A program made the translations under genes and the position numbers. From the NCBI GenBank assembly GCA_012839815.1, contig DUMQ01000058.1, positions 63 through 64,062 of the forward strand: a DNA stretch of 64,000 nt. Direction: 5' to 3'. Below the pieces are notes generated by a model. It was not told the origin of the DNA. It saw only the letters and a list, made by a program, of their open reading frames with translations, and ran no database searches. This DNA is from Bacillota bacterium. GTDB lineage: Bacteria > Bacillota > SHA-98 > Ch115 > JABLXJ01. This document shows positions 1 through 9,011 of this stretch, one piece after another. How positions within the stretch are numbered: position 1 is the stretch's first letter; every line of letters starts with the position of its first letter.

Positions 1-114
1 TTCACATTGCTAGGATTCCACCTCAGGCCGGGCTTCATTCGTAGATACTAAAGCTGATACTAAAGCTGCAGGGGAATGGATTGGCGTCCGGAATGGACCG
101 GCGTCCGGTCCGCT

Positions 115-1335
115 TCAAGGCTTCATAAGCCGGTCGAGCAATTCCCGCGCAGGCTTATACTTATCGTCGATATGAAGAGTCTTGCGAAGCTCACGTATGG
201 CAAGCTCCGTGTTATTGGCCTGGGCATAGGCTACTCCCAGCCAGTAGTGGCTGTCGCGATCAAGAACGCTCAGGTGGGTCGCAACCTTTAAGGCTGCTAT
301 AGCCTCATCCATCTGCCCCGTGGCCATATATGCCCTCCCGAGCCCGATGTAGGCCGAGACATAGCTGGGGTTGTAGCGGATTGCGCGTTTGAACTCCTCT
401 ATTGACTCGCTAAACAGAGAACGCTCAAAGTAAAGGGAGGCAAGGCCGTAATAAGCATAGAAGAGGTGGGGATTCAAACGTATGGACTCCTTGTACTCAG
501 CGACAGCTTCATCAAACCTACCCGCCCTGTGATACGCCATGGCCAGCTTGTAATGCCCGACGGCATACGTCGGCAGCGCATTTACAACCTGGCTATACTG
601 GTCGACAGCTTCGCCGTATTGCCTGCGCTCAAGACAAAGGTCCCCGAAGGCAACACGAACCCCCATATCGCCGGGGGCGCCTTCAAGAGCCATCCTGTAC
701 TCCTTAAACGCGCGCTCCCTGTCACCCTGCGCCAAGTATGTCAGGGCGAGATTCTCCCTGGCCCCGGGGTAACCAGGATCCAGCTCGAGGGTTGTCTCAA
801 ACTCCATCTGGGCATCCGCAAACATGCCAGCTTCATAATAGGCAAGTCCAAGTGAGAAGTGCGGTCGTGCGGCCTTACCGTCGGCGGCCAGCGCCTCCTT
901 GTACCAGTGAATGGCATCAAGGAGCATGGCCTCATCGTGAAGGCCGCCGCTATTCATGTAAACATCGCCCAGCTTCAAGTAAAGCTCAGCTCTCCTGCCA
1001 AAATTCCCGGAGAGGAGCTTCGCCTCGGACAGGCCCTCCTTGAGCATGCCCTTCTCCAGGTAAGCCATGGCAAGATAAAAATGCACCTCGTCACCGGCGG
1101 CGCCGAGCTTGATCGCCCTATTTAAAGCCTTGATCGCCCCCGCGAAATCCCCCTTTTCATATTGCTCAATCCCCAACCTGACCGACGCCTGACTGTCATC
1201 GCCCGGGGCCGGGGTCGCAAGGCACGTACCAATGCCAGATACCAGCCATATGCTAACGAATAAAGCTACGCACAGGAGCAACCTCCTCGCCAGAACCGAT
1301 TTAACCGGGACCGGATTACGGATACCAGTGGTCAT
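115..1335 (-). CDS. Tetratricopeptide-repeat (TPR) protein with N-terminal signal peptide or membrane anchor
   Basis: About 9 TPR-like 34-aa repeats run through the whole ORF. The N-terminus is hydrophobic (LLLCVALFVSIWLVSGIGTC). The start was taken at ATG 1333-1335, which follows GGAGGTG with 7-nt spacing; the track ORF extends to 1350. Confidence 0.75.
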   Translation of the reverse strand: MTTGIRNPVPVKSVLARRLLLCVALFVSIWLVSGIGTCLATPAPGDDSQASVRLGIEQYEKGDFAGAIKALNRAIKLGAAGDEVHFYLAMAYLEKGMLKEGLSEAKLLSGNFGRRAELYLKLGDVYMNSGGLHDEAMLLDAIHWYKEALAADGKAARPHFSLGLAYYEAGMFADAQMEFETTLELDPGYPGARENLALTYLAQGDRERAFKEYRMALEGAPGDMGVRVAFGDLCLERRQYGEAVDQYSQVVNALPTYAVGHYKLAMAYHRAGRFDEAVAEYKESIRLNPHLFYAYYGLASLYFERSLFSESIEEFKRAIRYNPSYVSAYIGLGRAYMATGQMDEAIAALKVATHLSVLDRDSHYWLGVAYAQANNTELAIRELRKTLHIDDKYKPARELLDRLMKP

Positions 1336-1534
1336 TCCACACACCTCCAACCGATTCTGAAGTCAGTGGATCCCCGGAGTCCTAGACCGTAGAGTCCCAG
1401 GTTCCTTTCCCGGCTACCTGCTTCGGCACGCTCCCGGCTCTCGACTGCCTGGTTCGTATCTGTTTGGTCCTGCCTTGAAACTAGCTCTGCCATGAAAATA
1501 GCTCTATACCGGCCAATTTCCCTGCTCCATTAGT

Positions 1535-1580
1535 GCCGCCGCAGGCGGCATGGGGGTAGCATGAGGGCCTGCCATGCTAC
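1535..1580 (-). terminator. Two tandem GC hairpins immediately 3' of the SCIFF gene, with no U-tract
   Basis: GTAGCATG-(9)-CATGCTAC overlaps the stop codon (1556-1580). GCCGCC-gca-GGCGGC lies at 1535-1549. Possible terminator, attenuator or mRNA-stability structure. Confidence 0.3.
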
Positions 1581-1735
1581 TTCTTGAGACAGACCTGATT
1601 CCCCACGGTGCAGGATGTCTTGCAGGCAGACTGGCATGAAGTCTGGCACTCGCCGCACCCGCGGGACTTGAGATCAACCTTTGTAACACCTGAGTAGACC
1701 GTCTTGATATGCCTCCTGGTAATCGCCTTCTCCAC
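1577..1735 (-). CDS. scfA: SCIFF (six cysteines in forty-five residues) ribosomal peptide precursor, a radical-SAM-modified thioether RiPP
   Basis: Minus-strand translation is VEKAITRRHIKTVYSGVTKVDLKSRGCGECQTSCQSACKTSCTVGNQVCLKK. Its C-terminus matches the invariant SCIFF core GGCGECQTSCQSACKTSCTVGNQ (TIGR03973), with six Cys in the last 26 residues. The GTG start lies 11 nt after a GGAGG sequence. The six-frame track missed this ORF (it is under 60 aa) and instead called a spurious overlapping ORF at 1504-1800. Confidence 0.85.
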   Translation of the reverse strand: MEKAITRRHIKTVYSGVTKVDLKSRGCGECQTSCQSACKTSCTVGNQVCLKK

Positions 1736-1799
1736 CGGTGGCAGCACCTCCTAACCAAAGGATTAAAACCAGATTTAGAATTTCGTGACTCCCGGGCCA

Positions 1800-1828
1800 A
1801 TTATATCATGAAACCCTGCTTACGGTAA
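1800..1828 (-). promoter_or_regulatory. Putative sigma-A type promoter of the SCIFF gene
   Basis: On the minus strand a TTACCG (-35, 1823-1828) is followed by a 17-nt spacer and TATAAT (-10, 1800-1805). This sits about 60 nt upstream of the SCIFF start and overlaps the 3' end of the amylase gene. Confidence 0.4.
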
Positions 1829-3443
1829 AGGCTGCCCCAAGGTTCATTATCTGCGAGGAAAAAGGTTCTAATACAGTTCTGACCTTGTACGCCCCTCTAT
1901 TCAAAAAAACCTCGGGAACTGCGCCGCTCAGGTCGACAGATACGCTGAGCCTGTCCCCGGAGAAATTCAAGGCGACGAAGACAGCTTCATCCATATATCG
2001 TCGTACATAAGCAAGGCATTTATCATCATGGCCCGTCTCAACAAACATCAAGCCGCCCCTTCTGAGGGCCGGGGTCGCCCTCCGGAGCGCCAGCAAGCCC
2101 TGGTAGAATTCCCGAAGTTGCCAGTCGCCACGGTCCCACTGGATCTTAAATGGGTTAAACAGATCGGGCCTCTCCCTCTCACCTATCTCCTGCCCGTTGT
2201 AGATGAGTGGCACGCCGTCAAGGGTGAGCAAAAGCGTGGCCGCCAGGCGCCCGCCGCGTCCGGCGCGCTCATCGTCCAATCTGGCCAGGAACCTTGGTTG
2301 GTCGTGGTTTTCAAGGTAGCGCAACCGCAGCGAATTCCTTGGGAATTCAAGGCGCTGGCGCTCAATCATTTCCCTTATGCTCCCGGCAGGCGATGACCCC
2401 CTGATAACGTCCACGAGAAGCGCAGGCAGCGATTCTTCGTAGGTTAGATCAAAGGCATAGAGGTTATGCGCCGGCTCATGGGATTCGGCCAGCAAAATTA
2501 TATCCTGCTTGAGTTCCCTCAGTTCCTCCCTCACACGCCTCCAGAAGTGGAGCGGCACGAGCGCTGCAACATCACACCGGTACCCGTCGATATTGAACTC
2601 CCTCACCCAGTAGCGCATCACCTCAACCATATAGTCGCGAAGCTCGGGGGACCCGTAATTTAACTGGGCCACGTCATCCCACCCAAAGCCGGGGCTCTTT
2701 ATCACGCCGTAGCCATCCCTGCAGTACCAATCAGGATGCTCCCTCGTGAGGGGAGAATCGTTTGCGGTGTGATTCGCGACCATATCCATTATGACCCTCA
2801 TGCCATTTGCATGCGCCGTCTGGACGAGGGCTCTCAGGTCATCCTCGGTGCCATAGTCGGGGTGTATGCTATAGTAGTCATATATAGCATAGGGGGAGCC
2901 GAGGCTTCCCTTCCTCCCGAGGGTTCCAATTTTATGGATGGGCATCAGCCAGATGCAGTTTACGCCAAGACGCGCAAGTTCGGGAAGGCGGGCTCTGATA
3001 GCCGCCAGCGTCCCGTCCTGGCTGAAAACCCTCGGGAATATCTCGTAGATTACCGCGTCGTTGACCCAGGCAGGGGAATCTACAGCGTCGAACCTGCTAT
3101 AGGCGCTCATGCCCTCCCCGGGCACTTCGAGACATACCTCGCCGTCGGCCGCGACCTCCAGAAAAGAGTTCAATCCACCTAGCGTGTTATCTATATGGCA
3201 TGGATTTGAAGGGTCGAGTACCCAGGAATTATCCACCACAAACTTGTATTGATGGAGGCCCCTCTCAAGTGGAACCGTTACCCTCCACCAACCGTGCTCA
3301 TCTCTGCGCATCGGATGAGATTCAGGATTCCACTTGTTGAAATCCCCTGCTATATGGACGGAACAAGCCTCCGGGTTCCAATAGCTAAAGAGAACCCCAT
3401 CACATACGCGGATGGGGCCGAGATCATGGTCGAGTCTTTTCAC
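1806..3443 (-). CDS. GH13 alpha-amylase-family glycoside hydrolase with N-terminal CBM48 glycogen-binding domain
   Basis: A CBM48/AMPK-beta-like N-terminus (HIAGDFNKWNPESHPM, WRVTVPL, YKFVVDNSWVLDPSNP) is followed by GH13 catalytic regions (GVNCIWLMPIH, DMVANHT, GYRCDVAA, LENHDQPR). The GTG start follows GGGGGAGG. Confidence 0.85.
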   Translation of the reverse strand: MKRLDHDLGPIRVCDGVLFSYWNPEACSVHIAGDFNKWNPESHPMRRDEHGWWRVTVPLERGLHQYKFVVDNSWVLDPSNPCHIDNTLGGLNSFLEVAADGEVCLEVPGEGMSAYSRFDAVDSPAWVNDAVIYEIFPRVFSQDGTLAAIRARLPELARLGVNCIWLMPIHKIGTLGRKGSLGSPYAIYDYYSIHPDYGTEDDLRALVQTAHANGMRVIMDMVANHTANDSPLTREHPDWYCRDGYGVIKSPGFGWDDVAQLNYGSPELRDYMVEVMRYWVREFNIDGYRCDVAALVPLHFWRRVREELRELKQDIILLAESHEPAHNLYAFDLTYEESLPALLVDVIRGSSPAGSIREMIERQRLEFPRNSLRLRYLENHDQPRFLARLDDERAGRGGRLAATLLLTLDGVPLIYNGQEIGERERPDLFNPFKIQWDRGDWQLREFYQGLLALRRATPALRRGGLMFVETGHDDKCLAYVRRYMDEAVFVALNFSGDRLSVSVDLSGAVPEVFLNRGAYKVRTVLEPFSSQIMNLGAAFTVSRVS

Positions 3444-3585
3444 CTTGCCGCCTCCCCCAAAAGGCAGTTGTATGGATTTTAAGACTTTCCTCCGGCTAAT
3501 TTAATTATAACCGCCAGGGGAAGGGGCGTTCAACAACTACTTTCTTCCTGTGCCAGGATCGTAGAGTATCTTGTGCACGGGGGGG

Positions 3586-4272
3586 TCACGGCGCCACCCC
3601 GAAGTGATCCGCAATCCCCTGGTATATATAATATCCCTCTCTCCAGGTATAACCCCTGTCCCTCAGGCGAGCCTCCTGGTAAGGATTTGTGATAAAGGAG
3701 GCCTCCGTCAAGATGGCCGGCATGTTGGTATACTTCAACACGTAGTAATTGGCAGTCATTGCGCCCTTATCCGGCAAGCCCTGCCCCCAAACCAGCCTGT
3801 CTTGAACCTTATTACGCATATCAAAGCTCGCCCAGCTTCCATAGGTATACGCGTAAGTCTGGGTGCCATTCAGCGACCTGTCATACGAGGCATTATGGTG
3901 GACACTTACAAACCTGTCCGCGCCCCACCAGTTGGCCATCTGCACCCGGTCCTCGAGGCTCACGTCCGAATCATCCCACCGCGTCATCAGCACGGTTGCC
4001 CCGCCGTATTCCACAAGGCAGTTCCTCAACGCAATGCCAACCCTCAAATTGACCTCCTTTTCCGTCAGGCCCGTGGGCCCAACCGCCCCGGGATCCCAGC
4101 CGCCGTGGCCTGGATCCACGACAATCCTCACCCCGCGCAACCCGCCCCTCGCGTAGACGGCTGCGGGGGAACCTAGAATGCACAGCAGCGCAAACAGCAA
4201 AAGCGCAATTCCCGCTACCCTGCCTATACACACTGGGTGTAAACACATTGAGCGTATACGTCCAAAGGACAT
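3586..4272 (-). CDS. N-acetylmuramoyl-L-alanine amidase (Amidase_3 family, CwlD/AmiC-like)
   Basis: The VDPGHGGWDPGAVGP zinc-site motif is typical of Amidase_3. There is an N-terminal signal or TM segment. Confidence 0.8.
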   Translation of the reverse strand: MSFGRIRSMCLHPVCIGRVAGIALLLFALLCILGSPAAVYARGGLRGVRIVVDPGHGGWDPGAVGPTGLTEKEVNLRVGIALRNCLVEYGGATVLMTRWDDSDVSLEDRVQMANWWGADRFVSVHHNASYDRSLNGTQTYAYTYGSWASFDMRNKVQDRLVWGQGLPDKGAMTANYYVLKYTNMPAILTEASFITNPYQEARLRDRGYTWREGYYIYQGIADHFGVAP

Positions 4273-4372
4273 ATGCTTCCTCCTCCCAATTCTCCATATC
4301 CCAAGTTTAGTACGCAGAAATGCTCAGGACTTTCGCAGGTAGTAACTACCACTCTCTGCACAACGGCTCGGC

Positions 4373-5572
4373 TTAAAACCCCATGCTGAAACTGGCGCTT
4401 ATGCGCCCGTAGTTCATATAATCGTTTGAGCGCTGCGTATACCCGACCCCGACCTCCATATTCTCGCCGACGCCTTTCACCAGGCCAACCCAGGTTACCG
4501 CCAGCGGCGTTATCCTGTCGCTGCCCGTGTCATGCGCATACTGTTCGTCGACGAATCTAAGCCTCGAAAGGCCTGCCTGAAGGTGAATCCCCCCCGGGAA
4601 GACCCGGTCGTATCTAAACCTCAAACCCTCAGTATTCTGGCTAAACCCGATTCCCTTTTCATCCTGCTCCCCGTAAAGAGCAGTGAAGGTCGGAGTGAAG
4701 CCCCTGGCGAAGCGCCCGTACGAGATGGTCAAGCGTTCTGCCGGCCTGCTTAATAGTTCTCCCTCCACCAGGAGGCCAGGCCTCCATTCTCCACTATGTT
4801 CGTCGATGGAGGTCGAGCTCGGCCGCATACGCGCGACCTCACCCCTCACTCGCCTGCCGAGGATGGCGCCTTCGAAGTCTATACTCTGGGCGCTCTCATC
4901 TCCCAGGCCGGAAAGGACATGATTGTAGCCCACCTGGAAGTCGCCGGCGCGCCTCGCAACCCGCAAAGCAACAAAATCATCCGCTCCCCTTACAACCACC
5001 CCCCCTGGATCATATTGGGAGCTGAGGCGGGAGTAAACCCCGGCGATATAAAACCCCCTGAACATAGTATCAAATACCAGGCCCTCAACGGGTGAGTAAT
5101 CATTACGGGTTATGAGGCCAATGGGGCCGAGTGAAAAGTATAGCCTGCCGGCGCTCAACTTTAACCTGTCGCCATAGTAACCGAGGTAGGCCTGGTCTAT
5201 CAGCAACGGCCCGGCAGTAGACGGCATTCCATAGCTACCGTCGCTGGCATACTGGACCCCCCAATAACCGTGGCTATTCAGGCTTACATAGAGCTGATAT
5301 TGATCTTTCACCCTGGAATCCAGGAAAAGGTTGAGATCCTGGCGTATCCCCACACTCCTCCCCGAGGCCAGGTAGTTGTTTCCCTCACTATTCTCGTCCA
5401 CCTTCTCCAGAGATGGCACGTCCCCGGGGTAATAGTCAATGCTAAGCTTTATATAGCCCCCGATCCTGATGGCATATTGAGATTGGGTCCCGGCCGCCAG
5501 GGCAGGTGAGGGCCACAGGGTCACAATGGCCGCGACTACTCCGGAGGCTAGGGCGCCAAGAAAAACCCTCAT
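4373..5572 (-). CDS. Putative outer-membrane beta-barrel (porin-like) protein
   Basis: A signal peptide (MRVFLGALASGVVAAIVTLWPSPALAAG) is followed by alternating amphipathic beta-strand patterning. The C-terminus ...RISASFSMGF ends in an aromatic-x-Phe beta-signal. The upstream in-frame ATGs (track start 5620) sit inside a purine-repeat leader; ATG 5572 was preferred. Confidence 0.5.
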   Translation of the reverse strand: MRVFLGALASGVVAAIVTLWPSPALAAGTQSQYAIRIGGYIKLSIDYYPGDVPSLEKVDENSEGNNYLASGRSVGIRQDLNLFLDSRVKDQYQLYVSLNSHGYWGVQYASDGSYGMPSTAGPLLIDQAYLGYYGDRLKLSAGRLYFSLGPIGLITRNDYSPVEGLVFDTMFRGFYIAGVYSRLSSQYDPGGVVVRGADDFVALRVARRAGDFQVGYNHVLSGLGDESAQSIDFEGAILGRRVRGEVARMRPSSTSIDEHSGEWRPGLLVEGELLSRPAERLTISYGRFARGFTPTFTALYGEQDEKGIGFSQNTEGLRFRYDRVFPGGIHLQAGLSRLRFVDEQYAHDTGSDRITPLAVTWVGLVKGVGENMEVGVGYTQRSNDYMNYGRISASFSMGF

Positions 5573-5660
5573 TCCTATTCTGGCTCTCGTCCTCATTCTC
5601 ACTCTCATTCTCCCTCTCACTCAACCCTCTTCTCATTAGCTCAACTCATTAACTCGACCA
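5573..5660 (-). repeat. Purine-rich AATGAG-repeat leader upstream of the beta-barrel gene
   Basis: The minus strand reads ...ttAATGAGttgagctAATGAGaagagggttgagtgagagggagAATGAGagtgagAATGAGgacgagagccagaataggAATGAGgg. AATGAG occurs five times, with several in-frame ATGs. Confidence 0.5.
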
Positions 5661-5891
5661 TCCATCTCATCGCCCCCTTTTCTCTCTCCCTGCGGGATAA
5701 TGGCATACTCATCCTTTTTGGCCATAAATAACCCGAAACGCCCCGGGAAACCATAATACTGGTTCCCAAGGGCGTCCTCCGCCTGGCCATGCACCCGGCC
5801 GCATATGTAACATGCATCAATATAGGTTATATATATTATTCTTTACAGGGGATCAAATTCCTTCAACGGCAAACTCAACAGACCAAGGTAA

Positions 5892-6944
5892 TTATTCCCT
5901 GCGGCCCCTCCGCAGGAAGGCCGGGATCTCAAGATCATCGACAGCAAAAGGCTTGATGTCAACATCTTCAAGGCCGACCTTCCGGGATCCCTTTTGCTCA
6001 AATCCGGTGGCTATCACCGTGACCCTGATCTCATCGCGCAGGGTATCGTCGATCATGGCGCCGAAGATTATGTTGGCATCGGGGTCCACCGCCTCCGCAA
6101 TTATCTGCGCAGCCTCGTTCACCTCAAACAGCCCGAGATTTGAGCTCCCTGTGATGTTAAGCAATACACCTTTGGCACCCTCGATTGAGGCCTCAAGGAG
6201 AGGGCTCGAGATGGCAGCCTTCGCCGCCTGTACCGCGCGCTCCTCTCCATTGCTCACGCCTATGCCCATAAGGGCCGAACCCGCATCAGTCATGATGGTT
6301 CTCACGTCGGCGAAGTCAACGTTTATAAGGCCAGGGACGGTTATAAGGTCGGAAATTCCCTGGACCCCCTGGCGGAGCACATCATCAGCCATCTTAAAGG
6401 CATCAAGCATTGAGGTCTTTTTCTCTGCCACTTGAAGAAGCCTGTCATTGGGGATGATTATGAGGGCATCCAATTTCGTCTTGAGGTTCTCGATCCCGGC
6501 GAGGCCCTGGGTCATTCTCCTCCGGCCCTCGAAAGAAAACGGCTTTGTGACGACTCCCACCGTGAGGGCCCCTGACTCCTTGGATATCTGGGCGATGATG
6601 GGAGCAGCACCGGTACCCGTGCCACCGCCCATGCCGGCTGTTATGAAGACCATGTCGGCGCCCTCTATAGCACGCTTGAGGGCGTCATGGCTCTCCTCGG
6701 CGGCCTCCCTCCCGATGTCAGGATTCGAGCCCGCCCCGAGGCCCTTTGTCCGCTTTTCTCCTATCTGGATCTTCACAGCCGCGTTGGATTGCGCCAGGGC
6801 TTGGGCATCTGTATTGACCGCTATAAACTCGACCCCTTTGAGCCCGGCATCTATCATCCGGTTTACAGCGTTGCTCCCGCCTCCCCCGACGCCAACAACC
6901 TTTATGTTGGTGAATTGCTCTATTTCCAGGTCCATCTCAAACAT
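5892..6944 (-). CDS. ftsZ: Cell division GTPase FtsZ
   Basis: The GGGTGTG tubulin signature, [14 protein letters not shown] and a C-terminal [11 protein letters not shown] tail are present. ATG 6944 follows GGGGGTAGAGGG. Confidence 0.95.
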   Translation of the reverse strand: MFEMDLEIEQFTNIKVVGVGGGGSNAVNRMIDAGLKGVEFIAVNTDAQALAQSNAAVKIQIGEKRTKGLGAGSNPDIGREAAEESHDALKRAIEGADMVFITAGMGGGTGTGAAPIIAQISKESGALTVGVVTKPFSFEGRRRMTQGLAGIENLKTKLDALIIIPNDRLLQVAEKKTSMLDAFKMADDVLRQGVQGISDLITVPGLINVDFADVRTIMTDAGSALMGIGVSNGEERAVQAAKAAISSPLLEASIEGAKGVLLNITGSSNLGLFEVNEAAQIIAEAVDPDANIIFGAMIDDTLRDEIRVTVIATGFEQKGSRKVGLEDVDIKPFAVDDLEIPAFLRRGRRE

Positions 6945-7065
6945 GCCCTCTACCCCCTGTGATCGACAATACGCAATACACAATATATAACTAAATTCAA
7001 CGGCTGCAGCCCTTTTCCTCTTCTTTTAGCGGCAAAATTTGACGCACACGAATTGGATTATGCCG

Positions 7066-7404
7066 TTATTGAATGCTAGATCTCTTGACAAGGTATCTCC
7101 TTATTATCCCGACGTTGGTAAATAACCTTATGCTGAACGCGACCGTGGCACCCATAAGGAGATCCACACCGAGCTTGTAACCAACATAGGTCAAAAGAGC
7201 CGCTAGGAGCGTATTTACAAAGAAACCCGAGAGGAAGATCTGGCCGTCGAACTTACCCTCGAGCCCCGCTCTCAGCCCCCCGAATACCGAATCGAGTGCC
7301 GCCAGGATACCTATAGCCATATAATCGGCATAGCCTACAGGGAGCCTGAGTGATGTAAGAAGTCCGATCAAGACCCCAAACAAGAGACCGTAGAGTGGAA
7401 GCAA
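7066..7404 (-). CDS. sbp: Small basic protein Sbp (DUF1290)
   Basis: LPLYGLLFGVLIGLL...AALDSVFGGLRAGLEGKFDGQIFLSGFFVNTLLAALLTYVGYKLGVDL matches DUF1290. A TTG start follows AAAGGGGGGA and lies directly after the DUF881 stop. Confidence 0.75.
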   Translation of the reverse strand: MLPLYGLLFGVLIGLLTSLRLPVGYADYMAIGILAALDSVFGGLRAGLEGKFDGQIFLSGFFVNTLLAALLTYVGYKLGVDLLMGATVAFSIRLFTNVGIIRRYLVKRSSIQ

Positions 7405-7405
7405 A

Positions 7406-8122
7406 TCAATTCCCCCCTTTGTCAACGGACTTGGCGTAGTGAAAATAGATGCTGCCCTTGTACGCAGGGACGATGACCTCCGGCATCCTGGTGATTTTAA
7501 CCTCGATCCCCCAGGCGCGAAGGGTATCGATGATTCCCTCCCGCATTCGCAGGGCATTCTCAAGCGTAACAGGGTCGCCGATGGCAACAATGGTGTATGG
7601 GGGGCCTATCCGCGTATTATTCACGGATATGGTGGGACCCGCACAGCGCACCTCGCTCGTGGCCACGAGACGCTGGCCATTTATGGCCACGGCATCAGCG
7701 CCGGCGGCGAAAAGCTCATTTGCTGTCTTGAGGAGATCCTCGTCATGAACCAAGAACAGTTCCGGGCTCTCGCCCGGCTGGGCCTGCTTCCTGCTATCGT
7801 TGAGGACCACCACGACCCCCGGGCCTTTTAGCTCGGTAAGCCCCGCCGCCATTTTAACCTTTTCAAGCTCCTGGCGAACGGTCCCGAGCATGTGCTCACC
7901 CTCGACCACCCTTGCAAGCTGCTGCCGTAGGGCCACAACCTCCTTCTCCAGGAGATCACGCTCGCTTTCGGTCTTGCGCAACATGTCAGTCAGGTCTTCA
8001 AGCCGGCGCGTTGGAAGGGTTATCTTACCTATGTATTCCTGGGTTCTAAACTGCACTACCAGTAAAAATCCGAGTATAACACAGACAAATGCAATATAGG
8101 CCTGCCAATTCTTGGATGGCAC
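7406..8122 (-). CDS. DUF881 division-associated membrane protein (YlxW/YlxX family)
   Basis: It has an N-terminal TM, a coiled coil and a C-terminal DUF881-like domain. Its position between ftsQ and sbp-ftsZ matches the Bacillus divIB-ylxW-ylxX-sbp arrangement. Confidence 0.7.
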   Translation of the reverse strand: MPSKNWQAYIAFVCVILGFLLVVQFRTQEYIGKITLPTRRLEDLTDMLRKTESERDLLEKEVVALRQQLARVVEGEHMLGTVRQELEKVKMAAGLTELKGPGVVVVLNDSRKQAQPGESPELFLVHDEDLLKTANELFAAGADAVAINGQRLVATSEVRCAGPTISVNNTRIGPPYTIVAIGDPVTLENALRMREGIIDTLRAWGIEVKITRMPEVIVPAYKGSIYFHYAKSVDKGGN

Positions 8123-8227
8123 GAAACGTACCTCCCCGCTCGAGACTGTTAATACGAGACTGCTAATAATTGGATAGTTGTATCGATCCTATCTCGCTTA
8201 ATACTACAATATAAAAGGGTGGAATGT

Positions 8228-8995
8228 CTACTGCGTTTTCATCTTCACCACGGGTTGTTTTTCCGAGCGGAGGTCAATATATTGAACCGCTTCCCCCTCA
8301 TTAGCAAGCCGGTCAAGCACAGCCTCAAGAACTCGCATTTTTTCGTTAAGCGTCTCGCGGGTGTTATCCCTTCCCATGATGACCTTTATCCTATCCTCTG
8401 TGAATAAGACGAGGCTCATGTCTGTATCCACATGTATCTCGGATATCCTGGACCTGAGCCTATCGTCGAGCAAAGCAGCGAGCCAGAGGGCAGGTTGAAG
8501 CCTGACCGCATCAACAGGCTCGCCTACCCGGACGCCCCGGGCACCTACCCCGGTAATAATCGGCAGCTTATCATTATCATACGCCTCTCGAATGCAAATA
8601 GCCCGGCCCAGATCGTCTATCTCGACGAAATAACCGGAATATGGCACCACACCCACGGCTCTCCGTTCCCTCACATGGATGACTATGGTGGAGGGGAATC
8701 TGCGTACCACCCGCGCACTTTCGATCTTGGGGTTGCTCAACAATCTCCTCGTAGCCCTGACCGGGTCCAACTCGAAGATGTTCCGGCCGCAGACCAACCC
8801 CGACATTAGGATTATCTCATCGGATTTCAGGGAGCTTGTCCCCTCAACGGCTATGCGCGTCACAGTGAAATATGGAGACCTGATGACCGCAAGGCAGGCC
8901 AGCACGGCGGTCATCATTAATAGAAACGGCACAAAGCCTCTGCGTTTCAGTCTTCGTCTCGCGTTTCCTGTGCTGCTCCCCATCTCTGCTCTCAT
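8228..8995 (-). CDS. ftsQ: Cell division protein FtsQ/DivIB (POTRA domain)
   Basis: It has a basic N-terminus, a single TM and a POTRA-like segment (YFTVTRIAVEGTSSLKSDEI). ATG 8995 follows GGGAAG; the track ORF starts at 9061 and would overlap murA. Confidence 0.8.
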   Translation of the reverse strand: MRAEMGSSTGNARRRLKRRGFVPFLLMMTAVLACLAVIRSPYFTVTRIAVEGTSSLKSDEIILMSGLVCGRNIFELDPVRATRRLLSNPKIESARVVRRFPSTIVIHVRERRAVGVVPYSGYFVEIDDLGRAICIREAYDNDKLPIITGVGARGVRVGEPVDAVRLQPALWLAALLDDRLRSRISEIHVDTDMSLVLFTEDRIKVIMGRDNTRETLNEKMRVLEAVLDRLANEGEAVQYIDLRSEKQPVVKMKTQ

Positions 8996-9011
8996 TTTGC
9001 CCGTCTTCCCT

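Noticed and set aside
95-111. Hairpin GGACCGG-cgt-CCGGTCC overlapping the TPR gene stop
   Set aside because: It has no U-tract and lies at the window edge. There is not enough context to call it a terminator.
1351-1534. Possible 51-aa ORF (MAELVSRQDQTDTNQAVESRERAEAG...) between SCIFF and the TPR gene
   Set aside because: It has no RBS (ctattttcATG) and a low-complexity composition. It is probably non-coding leader of the TPR gene.
1504-1800. Track ORF of 98 aa on the minus strand (MARESRNSKSGFNPL...)
   Set aside because: It is in the wrong frame. The same DNA encodes the SCIFF peptide in another frame with a proper RBS. The 98-aa product is Arg/Pro-rich with no homology signal.
3571-4176. 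Plus-strand 201-aa ORF overlapping the amidase gene
   Set aside because: It is antisense to a well-supported Amidase_3 gene and has no start context.
6448-6990. Plus-strand 180-aa ORF antisense to ftsZ
   Set aside because: It is a shadow ORF; ftsZ is unambiguous.
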